A model generated the notes under the pieces. The model was not told the origin of the DNA, ran no database searches, and saw only the letters and a program-made list of their open reading frames with translations. Position numbers and translations under genes: made by a program. Below, piece by piece: positions 9,563 to 18,004 of a stretch of 32,155 nucleotides of DNA. Each line of letters begins with the position of its first letter. Positions within the stretch are counted from its first letter, which is position 1. Source of the stretch: Actinomycetota bacterium (GTDB lineage: Bacteria; Actinomycetota; Acidimicrobiia; Acidimicrobiales; JAMCPL01); the NCBI GenBank assembly GCA_023379725.1, contig JAMCPC010000121.1:1-32155 (forward strand). Direction: 5' to 3'.

Positions 9563-9927
9563 TTCGCAAATCAATACCTAGGTAATTGGTATTGAACTGC
9601 CCACAGCTCGGGGAAAGCGGTTACATCCGCCGTGATGGTGCAGGTAAGAGGTTCTCGCATTGTCGATTATGTGCGCAATCCAACAAAAACACCAATCAAC
9701 CAGACAAAGGTAACTTGTTCCATGCCCCCCGGGCAACCCCCCCGGCAACCCAACCGGGAACTTCCGGCGAGAGCTACCAATCAACCATATAAAAGTCACT
9801 TGTTGTATACGCCACGCTCTGAACAGGTAATATGCTTCAACCATAACCCTCAAGTGCAGGTTTAGGGTTTTAATATCTGCTTTTATTGTCATAAAATTGT
9901 GTATTAGCGTTACGTTATAAAAATAGC

Positions 9928-10007
9928 ATATATGCATAATAATGTAGTATATTGCTGCTAATATTTCTCATGATATGGCAAATATGCATAAATGAATATA
10001 TGCATAT
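9928..10007. promoter_or_regulatory. Three copies of the palindromic core TATGCATA in an AT-rich region upstream of the MerR-like gene; candidate operator or promoter region
   Basis: TATGCATA lies at 9931-9938, 9983-9990 and 9999-10006, embedded in ATATATGCATA-type contexts. The surrounding ~260 bp is much more AT-rich than the rest of the window. Confidence 0.3.
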
Positions 10008-10131
10008 TTGTTAAATGCCTGTTCAGTGCGCAAATTACTATTATGTGACTTTCAACCATTAGTAGATGTATAGTCACAAAGATATGTACAGTAATGTAAA
10101 AAATTAAACTACCAAGAGGGAGGTTACGGCT

Positions 10132-10770
10132 ATGAAGAAGAGCAAGACCGCAATGCCGGGAAATGCGATTATAGATGATGTCATCCAGCTGGACGGTACT
10201 TTGGATGGTACAGATATTGACAGTACTGGCAGCATTACGGACGATACTGCTACTGACGATAATGCTCAGGATAACCAATATATCAGTGACGACTCTGGTG
10301 TGACGTTGGAAGGTTTTAGAGGTCCCCAGGTCTGTAAACTCATCGGCATATCCTACCGTCAGCTTGATTATTGGGCCAGAACTGGCCTATTGACTCCCTC
10401 AGTGGTGCAGGCATCGGGAAGCGGTACACAAAGAATCTATTCATACAATGATGTACTGGAATTGAAAGTTCTAAAGCGCCTACTTGATTCAGGGGTGTCG
10501 CTCAGAAGCGCCCGTAAGGCTGTTGACTGCTTGCGTGATGAGGTAGGAGGTGAACTTGGCTCTTCTACGTTGGTATTTGCCGGTGGTCGCTCCATTCTCG
10601 CTCATTCCAACGATGAAGTGATTGACCTCCTCCGCAACGGTCAGGGCGTTTTTAGTATGGTTGCACTTCAGGATATAGTAAGCGAACTGGATACAGATAT
10701 CACGACACTATCTGGTAGGTCTGGATCCGGCGAGAGCACTTCAAAAACCCCTTTGGACCACGCCATATAA
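10132..10770 (+). CDS. MerR-family transcriptional regulator with an acidic Asp/Thr-rich N-terminal tail
   Basis: The helix-turn-helix segment VCKLIGISYRQLDYWARTGLL...QRIYSYNDVLELKVLKRLLDSGVSL is typical of MerR/HspR-like regulators. A strong GGGAGG lies about 8 nt upstream of the ATG. Confidence 0.8.
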   Translation: MKKSKTAMPGNAIIDDVIQLDGTLDGTDIDSTGSITDDTATDDNAQDNQYISDDSGVTLEGFRGPQVCKLIGISYRQLDYWARTGLLTPSVVQASGSGTQRIYSYNDVLELKVLKRLLDSGVSLRSARKAVDCLRDEVGGELGSSTLVFAGGRSILAHSNDEVIDLLRNGQGVFSMVALQDIVSELDTDITTLSGRSGSGESTSKTPLDHAI

Positions 10771-10824
10771 AATCATCTTGTATAAGACAGGGTCACGGAA
10801 AACTATGTACAAACTATTCCACGC

Positions 10825-10854
10825 ACACCACATTGTATGAGCTACACCACATTG
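10825..10854 (+). promoter_or_regulatory. Perfect 11-bp direct repeat ACACCACATTG x2 upstream of gcvT; candidate regulator binding sites
   Basis: Copies at 10825-10835 and 10844-10854 (19-bp period), ending 22 nt upstream of the gcvT TTG start. Confidence 0.3.
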
Positions 10855-10875
10855 AATTACCGCACGTGAACCATA

Positions 10876-12027
10876 TTGTCTAAACTTACCGATCAGCCGC
10901 GTCGTCCAATCCTTTACGATCTTCATAGGTCTATCGGTGCCAAATTTACTGTATTTGGTGGATGGGAGATGCCTTTGCGCTATCCCGGCGGCACTATAGA
11001 TGAGCACATGTCTTGTAGAAATGCCTGTGCAATTTTTGACACTAGCCATCTCGGTTCACTCCTTGTAGAGGGTGGTGGTGCATTCGATATGTTACAGAAA
11101 GAGCTGACGAATGATTTAGGAAAGATATCTCCGGGACGGGCTCAGTATACGCATCTGGTGACTCCCTCTGATGGATCTGTCCAGGACGATTTGATAATAT
11201 GGTGGCTTGAGCCCGACAGGTTCATGGTGCTGGCCAACGCAGCAAATACTCAGTTGGTAGCAGATACTCTGCATGCTGAAGATATCACTTCATCAAGAGC
11301 GCTACTAGCCGTTCAAGGTCCTAATACACGTAAGGTACTATCCATGATATACCCGGAACTGTCGACCATAAAGAGCAATCAAGTACGTGTAATAACTATC
11401 GATGGAGCTTCCTGTACTGCAGCGGGAACAGGATATACCGGAGAAGACGGCATAGAGATTGAGGTACCGGCCGCACATGCCGATTCACTGTTCAGCCGCA
11501 TTTTGGACGCTGGTGCCACTCCTGCTGGACTGGGTGCCAGAGATACCTTACGCCTGGAAGCTGGGTTACCGTTATTTGGTCATGAATTAGGTCCAGGTAT
11601 ATCTCCGTTGCAGGCAGGACTCGATTGGGTGGTCGGCTGGCAGAAAAAGTCATTCAGGGGCAAGGTAGCATTGGAGAAGGAGAGGGAATCCGGCCCTGGG
11701 CGTATACTTTGGGGGTTGATCGGCGAGAATCGTAGACCACTGCGGGATAACTCCTATCTATATATTCCATCCGACGAGGAGCATGGAGAACGTGGAGGGC
11801 ATGAGAGGCATGGAGAGCATACACAACAGAGTGGTGACCATGATCCAATTGGAAGGATTACCAGTGGGGGATATGGCCCGACAGTAGGCAGAGGAATAGC
11901 TATGGCGCTAATATCCACTGACGTGGAAGCATATCCGGATATGATTATCGACGCAGTGCATGACGATAGAACAGTACCCGTTCGGCTAAGCAAATTGCCA
12001 TTTGTACCTCGAAGTAGAACTCGATAA
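10876..12027 (+). CDS. gcvT: glycine cleavage system aminomethyltransferase GcvT, with a His-rich insertion
   Basis: 383-aa ORF: LYDLHRSIGAKFTVFGGWEMPLRY..., TGYTGEDGIEIEV, GLGARDTLRLEAGLPLFGHEL. TTG start. Confidence 0.93.
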   Translation: MSKLTDQPRRPILYDLHRSIGAKFTVFGGWEMPLRYPGGTIDEHMSCRNACAIFDTSHLGSLLVEGGGAFDMLQKELTNDLGKISPGRAQYTHLVTPSDGSVQDDLIIWWLEPDRFMVLANAANTQLVADTLHAEDITSSRALLAVQGPNTRKVLSMIYPELSTIKSNQVRVITIDGASCTAAGTGYTGEDGIEIEVPAAHADSLFSRILDAGATPAGLGARDTLRLEAGLPLFGHELGPGISPLQAGLDWVVGWQKKSFRGKVALEKERESGPGRILWGLIGENRRPLRDNSYLYIPSDEEHGERGGHERHGEHTQQSGDHDPIGRITSGGYGPTVGRGIAMALISTDVEAYPDMIIDAVHDDRTVPVRLSKLPFVPRSRTR

Positions 12028-12262
12028 TCTACTACTTATGGCACCTTATTTACACCGCCGCAACGTCTATCACTATGAGTTATCCTGGCCATCAAACATA
12101 TTGCAACTCTTGCATATTTCATATTTTTATACCTTCAAAACACGCTTCGTTGCAAAGGCTAGGATGATGGGCAATATGACTGAACAGGAAGCATAAGACA
12201 TAGACTTTTATTATGAATAGAACGACGAGAGCAAACGGAACAACGAACAAGAACAACGAACT

Positions 12263-13816
12263 ATGACTACCTACATTCCTCATACTGAAGATGAAATAAA
12301 TATGATGTTGACTGACATCGGGAACAAGTCGCTGGATGACTTGCATACGACGATTCCTGTAGAGGTACTTTTGGAAGAAGGGCTTGGCCTACCCCCGGGT
12401 ATCAGTGAGGCAGATGTAGTGAGGTCTATACGTGAACTGGCTGACAGCAATATTGGTGGGTATGCAGGTGCTAGTAGGTATGTCAATGCAATGCTCGGAG
12501 AGCGACGACTCCGAAATCCCTATCCGTTAAACTCCTTGGTATGTTTTGCCGGAGGAGGCGCATACGACCACTACGTACCGCCGGTCGTATCCAGCTTGGC
12601 ATCAAAGTCAGAGTTTGTCACCTCTTACACCCCGTACCAGGCTGAAGTGTCGCAGGGAGTTCTACAGGCATTATTTGAATATCAAACTATGATGTCGAGA
12701 ATTTCAGGACTCCCTGTTGCAAATGCTTCACTTTATGACGGTGCATCTGCTCTCTACGAAGCAGTAAACATGGCTGTATCGTACACCGATCGTCATGACA
12801 TCTGGATATCTTGTGGGGTAAACCCAAGATGGCGCTCTGTACTGGATACCTTGGTAGATGGCAGAAATATAAAAGTTCATCCCATCAAGTTGCGAGATGC
12901 ATCTACAGATTGGGGTATCTCACATGTCTCGCCAGAGCTTTCACCACCTGCAGCTATTGTCATAGCTTACCCAAACTACTTGGGTGCGCTGGAAAACATA
13001 GAGCAGGCCAGGGAATTGGCAGACGGTCTTGGATCCTTGCTCATAGTGGCATTCAACCCAATATCAATGGGAATGTTGCCTACACCCGGATATTATGGTG
13101 CCGATATTGCAATTGCAGAAGGCCAGCCACTGGGAATCGGACTATCCTTTGGCGGCCCTTATCTTGGCATTTTATCTTGCAGGGAAGAGTATATGCGCAT
13201 AATACCCGGAAGGGTCATAGGGGAGAGTACAGATAATCGCAATAGGCGAGCTTACACAATGACCCTTCGTACCAGAGAGCAGGATATCCGTAGAGAACGT
13301 GCTACCTCCAATGTCTGTACCAACCAAACACTTATGGCAATTACTGCGACAATCTATCTTTCCTGGCTTGGGCCTGCTGGACTGAAGGAAGTGTCCAGGA
13401 GATGTTATTCAGGAGCTCATTATCTGCACAAATTATTGTGTTCGATAGATGGTGTAGAGGCACTGTATAACGAACCATTCTTCAATGAATTCGCCCTGAA
13501 AATACCTGTAAACAGTGAAATACTACTCGCAAGACTGGCCGATGAGGGCTTTCTCGGTGGAGTTGCACTTGATAATGAGTTATATGATGAGTTATATGAT
13601 GACAATGTATCTCATGCAATGGAGATAGCAAATGATAATAGTGATAGTAGCAGTGGGCATATCGACAACAGCCCTGCTGACGGCAAGCATAGAAGCAGTA
13701 GAACCGTCGAAGGTAAATCTGACAATGGAAGAAGGCTACTCATTGCAGTAACAGAGAAACGAACGATCCAAGAGATTGAGTCCTATGCCCTATCTTTCGA
13801 AAAGGCTTTGCAATGA
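12263..13816 (+). CDS. gcvPA: glycine dehydrogenase (decarboxylating) subunit 1, GcvPA
   Basis: 517-aa ORF: YIPHTEDEINMML..., SYTPYQAEVSQGVLQALFEYQTMM. It overlaps gcvPB by ATGA. Confidence 0.93.
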   Translation: MTTYIPHTEDEINMMLTDIGNKSLDDLHTTIPVEVLLEEGLGLPPGISEADVVRSIRELADSNIGGYAGASRYVNAMLGERRLRNPYPLNSLVCFAGGGAYDHYVPPVVSSLASKSEFVTSYTPYQAEVSQGVLQALFEYQTMMSRISGLPVANASLYDGASALYEAVNMAVSYTDRHDIWISCGVNPRWRSVLDTLVDGRNIKVHPIKLRDASTDWGISHVSPELSPPAAIVIAYPNYLGALENIEQARELADGLGSLLIVAFNPISMGMLPTPGYYGADIAIAEGQPLGIGLSFGGPYLGILSCREEYMRIIPGRVIGESTDNRNRRAYTMTLRTREQDIRRERATSNVCTNQTLMAITATIYLSWLGPAGLKEVSRRCYSGAHYLHKLLCSIDGVEALYNEPFFNEFALKIPVNSEILLARLADEGFLGGVALDNELYDELYDDNVSHAMEIANDNSDSSSGHIDNSPADGKHRSSRTVEGKSDNGRRLLIAVTEKRTIQEIESYALSFEKALQ

Positions 13817-15357
13817 CAGGGCAACAAGAACAAGCTTCCGGCTTTGGCCATGGAAATAATCTCACAGACAATTTAGCCAATTTAGCAGCCGGAGGTAACG
13901 CCAGCAGCACTCCCTTAATGGGTGATGACGAGGAACCACTTATCTTTTCACTTTCCAGTCCGGGAAGAAGGGCATTTCAGCTGCCGTCCACCGGCGTTCC
14001 AGATATTTCACCTGATACAAAAGACATTGAACCTCCAGCACTCCCAGAAGTATCCGAGCGGGATCTGGTAAGTCATTATACCCGCCTTGCCCATAGGCAA
14101 TACTCGGTAGACCTTGGGTTCTATCCACTTGGCTCTTGTACTATGAAGTACAATCCCAAGGCGTTCGATGAAATTGCAGCAATTTCTTCATTGAAAGACG
14201 TACATCCGCTTGTGTCCGCACAGTTATCCCAGGGTTGGATGGAGATATTGTGGACACTTGAGAGGGCACTATGTGCGATTACGGGCATGTCTGCATTTAC
14301 TCTGCAGCCGCCTGCAGGAGCGGCGGGAGAACTTACCGGTCTCTTGATGACCGGCGCTTACCACAGATCATTGGGAGAGCACCGGACAGTAGTTTTGGTG
14401 CCAGAGTCGGCACACGGTACCAATCCAGCCTCTGCAACCTTGGCAGGCTACCAAACGAAAACAATAGCTACAGGGAGTGATGGATGTGTGGATATGGCTT
14501 CATTGGAGTCAGCTTTATCTGAAGATGTTGCTGCCATCATGCTGACCAATCCAAACACCATAGGCATATTTGAGAAAGATGTAGTAGAGATCTGTAGGCT
14601 TGTACATGAAGCAGGTGCACTTGCGTATTATGACGGTGCCAATCTGAATGCCATCATGGGAATCACCACACCGGCCAAAATGGGATTCGATATCGTGCAT
14701 TTGAATACCCACAAGACATTTGCCACCCCACATGGCGGCGGTGGTCCGGGGGCGGGTCCGGTAGGGGTACGTGCAGGACTTGACCAGTACCTACCAGGTC
14801 CTAGGCCGGCACTTCAAGAGGATGGAACTTACCGGTGGAAGATGCCCGAGTGCTCGATTGGCAGGGTTCATTCATATAACGGCAACGCTATGGTGCTGGC
14901 AAGGGCATTGGCCTATATTCTCTCCAATGGAGCCGATGGTCTGAAGAGGGTATCCCAAATAGCTGTGCTGAATGCGAATTGGCTGCTCAAATCCCTATCT
15001 GACATATATGAGGTGCCCTACGGCAACAGGTGTATGCATGAGTTCGTGCTGTCAGTATCCACATTCAAGAGGAGATACGGGATAAGAGCTCAGGACTTAG
15101 CAAAGATGCTGCTGGATAGGGGATTCCATCCTCCTACGGTCTCTTTCCCGCTCGTAGTGGATGAGGCACTTATGATAGAGCCCACAGAGACAGAGAGTGT
15201 ACAGACGCTGCAGGCTTTCGCTTCAGTCATGAAAGAGATTGCCTCCGAGATAGAGGCTACCGAAGGGGCATCTGCCAAGGCTGCACCTGAGCGTACTCCG
15301 GTAGGTAGGGTAGATGAGACACGAGCCGCCAGACACCCCATAGTAGTAGCCGACTGA
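13813..15357 (+). CDS. gcvPB: glycine dehydrogenase (decarboxylating) subunit 2, GcvPB
   Basis: 514-aa ORF with the PLP-lysine region HLNTHKTFATPHGGGGPGAGP. Confidence 0.95.
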   Translation: MTGQQEQASGFGHGNNLTDNLANLAAGGNASSTPLMGDDEEPLIFSLSSPGRRAFQLPSTGVPDISPDTKDIEPPALPEVSERDLVSHYTRLAHRQYSVDLGFYPLGSCTMKYNPKAFDEIAAISSLKDVHPLVSAQLSQGWMEILWTLERALCAITGMSAFTLQPPAGAAGELTGLLMTGAYHRSLGEHRTVVLVPESAHGTNPASATLAGYQTKTIATGSDGCVDMASLESALSEDVAAIMLTNPNTIGIFEKDVVEICRLVHEAGALAYYDGANLNAIMGITTPAKMGFDIVHLNTHKTFATPHGGGGPGAGPVGVRAGLDQYLPGPRPALQEDGTYRWKMPECSIGRVHSYNGNAMVLARALAYILSNGADGLKRVSQIAVLNANWLLKSLSDIYEVPYGNRCMHEFVLSVSTFKRRYGIRAQDLAKMLLDRGFHPPTVSFPLVVDEALMIEPTETESVQTLQAFASVMKEIASEIEATEGASAKAAPERTPVGRVDETRAARHPIVVAD

Positions 15358-15393
15358 CCATCAAAGCCAAATCCAAAGGCGAGACTGGTATAG

Positions 15394-15559
15394 CTAGTGT
15401 AGCGTCCCGCAAATAACCATGGTTCCCACCAGCTAAATGAGCCCCTGACGGTGTTTTCATCCTCAACGTAGCTACCGGCTACGCCTTCGTCTTCGGCCTT
15501 GTCAGACAACACCATAACTTGCCGGATAGTGTCACGCTATTTGCGGGACACTACACTAG
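15394..15559 (-). mobile_element. Copy B of the interspersed element (166 bp, three 1-nt deletions relative to C/D), between convergent gcvPB and the histidine kinase
   Basis: Full-length alignment to copies A, C and D, with TIRs CTAGTGTAGCGTCCCGCAAATA / TATTTGCGGGACACTACACTAG. It overlaps the 3' end of the kinase CDS (15537-15559). Confidence 0.9.
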
Positions 15560-17216
15560 CTGGGGGTTCGGATAGCGGAAGGCGTATCACTACCTCCGTT
15601 CCATCTATACCGCTCTCATGTGAATATATAGATACGGTGCCGTGCATAGCTTCCACCAGTTCCGATACTATAGCGAGCCCAAGCCCGGTACCGCCGCCAG
15701 TGCTTCTTGAGGTGTCTGCACGATAGTGCCGCTCGAATACATGAGCCAGGTCATCGACGGCTATACCGGGTCCGTCATCCAGCACCGATATTACGGCTTG
15801 ACCATTATCGATTCCGTAATGCAGCTGTATCTTACTGCGTGCATACTTCAGGGCATTATCTACTATGTTCCCGATCGACTGCACCAGCCGTCCTTCGTCG
15901 CCATTTACTACGATATTATTTGGATGGCCCGCGGCAACAGACACGCCTTTATCATTGACTATAATACTCTTCGGGTGAGCGTCGAGGACTGCCTCCGCAT
16001 ACCTCTCATCTTCCAACTTGGAAGCTACCAATTTACCAGCTACGGTATTTGTACTCCCAATACCCCCAATACTCCCAATACCCTCAATACCTACCACCTC
16101 TATTACAATGTCCCGCTGATTTGCAACTGGCAAAAAGATGCTAGCTACCTGCTGTACAACTGCCGATATATCTACCGGCTCCATATCGAGTGAGAACCGT
16201 TTGGCCTGCAGGTGGGCGAGGTCAAGAAGATCACGTATCAGTCCATCAAGTCGGTAAGACTCGTCTCTTATTATCTCTACAGCATGCGTGGTGTCGTCTA
16301 CCGCTCCATCAAGGATAGCCTCCGCATAACCGCGAATCGAGGTGAGGGGAGTTCGCAGGTCATGAGAGACAGAGAGAAGAAACTGACGTTCGGACTGCTG
16401 CGAGTTATCCAGTTGGGTAGCCATGTCGTTTATAGCATCAGCGAGGCTGGCTATTTCCCTGTAGTCACGTTGTGAAGTCTCCACTCTGGCTTCAAGCTCT
16501 CCCGAGGCCAGCCGATTGGCAGTAGACACTACATTGCTAATCGAGCTTGCAAGCCGTCTGGAGAGAATCCATGCCACCAACCCGGCTACCAGAAGCGATG
16601 CCAGCCCGATTAAGATGAAATATTCCAGTCCAGTAGAGGGTGGCTTTATCCTGCGAGTCACCACCATGACGACAAGTTCGTTGGTTGCTACATGTAATAC
16701 TGTATTTATACGGGTGGAGAGGTAGAGGGGAACTGCGGCATATGCCAGATGGCCGCTGGCACCTGCTATGGCGTATCCATTAAGTAGCTTTTGCATATCA
16801 AGTTGCGACGCACTCACACCCGGCGGCAAGGTGGTCAGTGGGGGAGCAATCTGGCCGTTAGGTGAGATAGTAACGACTCCTCCTCCTGAAAATCCAGCAG
16901 CGAGAAGAAGTTTTTTTGTATCGCTGACCCGTACATGTGGAGCTATCGTAGCTACCTCTCTGGCATCGGTCAGAATAGATGAAGCCTCTGATGAAGTCGC
17001 AACATGACCCACCAGGACATAGGTGCCCAGCCAGGTAATAGCAAGGGTACCCATGGCAATGAGCACCATAGATAGAAGTATCCTGTAACGTAGCGACCCG
17101 GTCCTGCCTCCTCTGTACGCACCTGCTCCACTGCCGACATTGAAGATGGAACTGAGGCTCGCCGACACCTGCTGACCCGCTACCTGATCACCAGGCATCC
17201 GTTTGTCATCAGTCAA
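15537..17216 (-). CDS. two-component sensor histidine kinase (two TM segments, HAMP, HisKA, HATPase_c)
   Basis: H-box FLLSVSHDLRTPLTSIRGY, N-box NIVDNALKYA, G-boxes DDGPGI and GGTGLGLAIV. The start overlaps the response regulator stop by 8 nt. Confidence 0.9.
   Translation of the reverse strand: MTDDKRMPGDQVAGQQVSASLSSIFNVGSGAGAYRGGRTGSLRYRILLSMVLIAMGTLAITWLGTYVLVGHVATSSEASSILTDAREVATIAPHVRVSDTKKLLLAAGFSGGGVVTISPNGQIAPPLTTLPPGVSASQLDMQKLLNGYAIAGASGHLAYAAVPLYLSTRINTVLHVATNELVVMVVTRRIKPPSTGLEYFILIGLASLLVAGLVAWILSRRLASSISNVVSTANRLASGELEARVETSQRDYREIASLADAINDMATQLDNSQQSERQFLLSVSHDLRTPLTSIRGYAEAILDGAVDDTTHAVEIIRDESYRLDGLIRDLLDLAHLQAKRFSLDMEPVDISAVVQQVASIFLPVANQRDIVIEVVGIEGIGSIGGIGSTNTVAGKLVASKLEDERYAEAVLDAHPKSIIVNDKGVSVAAGHPNNIVVNGDEGRLVQSIGNIVDNALKYARSKIQLHYGIDNGQAVISVLDDGPGIAVDDLAHVFERHYRADTSRSTGGGTGLGLAIVSELVEAMHGTVSIYSHESGIDGTEVVIRLPLSEPPASVVSRK
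16054..16089 (-). repeat. 9-bp tandem repeat x4 (plus strand CYCCCAATA-like units) encoding GIEGIGSIGGIGS inside the kinase catalytic domain
   Basis: Plus strand reads ctcccaata cccccaata ctcccaata ccctcaata. The period of 9 bp preserves the reading frame. Confidence 0.85.
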
Positions 17217-17889
17217 GGCGATAACCTACTCCCCATACAGTATGTATATTCAGTCCATCACCCAATTTCTTGCGAAGCTGGCGCACATGAACGTCAACCG
17301 TTCTCTCATCTCCGATCCAACTGTTGCTCCATGCGCCATTCAGAAGTTGCCTTCTGGAGAGCGCTACGCCGCGCCGCATCGCAATAAACACAAGTAAATC
17401 AAACTCACGTGATGTCAAGTGCACCTCACTGCCGGATACAGCCACCGATCTGGCATCCATGTCGATAGTAATGTCGTTAATGTGGATTATGCGGCTGGAA
17501 GAATCAGCCATCCTGGTGGATCTACGTAAGATTGCCTTGACCCTTGCCACCAACTCCCTGGGGGAAAATGGCTTTACGATGTAGTCATCTGCTCCGATCT
17601 CAAGGCCTACAATCCTGTCGATCTCATCGCTGCGCGCAGTCAGGATAATAATTGGAACGTCACTTGTTGCACGCAACGTACGACATACCTCAAAGCCGTC
17701 AAGATCCCCGGGCAACCCGATATCAAGTATAACCAGGCATGGATTTTGCGTTCTGCAGAGGTCGAGGGCTCGTGCACCGTCGCCTGCCTGCCGGACACTA
17801 TAGCCAGCCTTAGAAAGGTAAGCTGAGGCAAGATCCGCTATATTCGAATCGTCTTCTACTATTATTACTGATCCACCATCCGATGACAT
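17209..17889 (-). CDS. OmpR/PhoB-family response regulator
   Basis: Receiver domain (IIVEDD..., LVILDIGLPGDLDGF, DDYIVKPF) plus winged helix (RTVDVHVRQLRKKL...TVWGVGYRL). The ORF track extends to 17934. The ATG at 17889 (MSSDGGSVIIVEDD) fits family length better. Confidence 0.92.
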   Translation of the reverse strand: MSSDGGSVIIVEDDSNIADLASAYLSKAGYSVRQAGDGARALDLCRTQNPCLVILDIGLPGDLDGFEVCRTLRATSDVPIIILTARSDEIDRIVGLEIGADDYIVKPFSPRELVARVKAILRRSTRMADSSSRIIHINDITIDMDARSVAVSGSEVHLTSREFDLLVFIAMRRGVALSRRQLLNGAWSNSWIGDERTVDVHVRQLRKKLGDGLNIHTVWGVGYRLD

Positions 17890-18004
17890 CTTCTCTAACA
17901 GTCTGGCACATTTTACGTAAGCAGTCATGAGCACCGGATTGGTACATCTGTTGCGGGTACGGTCCGGCTACAAGAGACTCACCTGATGTAAGCAATTATG
18001 ATTA

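Noticed and set aside
9558-9580. TIR-like fragment TAGTTCGCAAATCAATACC overlapping the gltD stop; similar weak fragments at 23959-23998 (ACGAGACGACATACGAG...CCATAGCTTATTTG) and 20198-20225 (AGTGTAGCTGCCATTTGCCG)
   Set aside because: Only 7-14 nt of patchy identity to the element ends, and the alignments require indels. They could be very old relics, but I cannot distinguish them from chance without a profile search.
9572-9594. Hairpin CAATACC-N9-GGTATTG after the gltD stop, as a possible intrinsic terminator
   Set aside because: The stem is AT-rich and only 7 bp, the loop is large, and there is no downstream T-tract. That is too weak to call.
9958-10278. Minus-strand ORF 9958..10278 and other ORFs (9578..9937 -, 9586..9792 +, 9632..9865 +) in the long intergenic region
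   Set aside because: The translations are low-complexity and Ile/Asn/Tyr-rich as expected from AT-rich DNA. There are no ribosome-binding sites and no family resemblance, and one overlaps the well-supported MerR-like gene.
15090-15726. ORFs 15090..15515 (-), 15257..15466 (-) and 15499..15726 (+)
   Set aside because: They start inside repeat copy B and then run antisense into gcvPB or the kinase gene. They exist only because the element is open in several frames.
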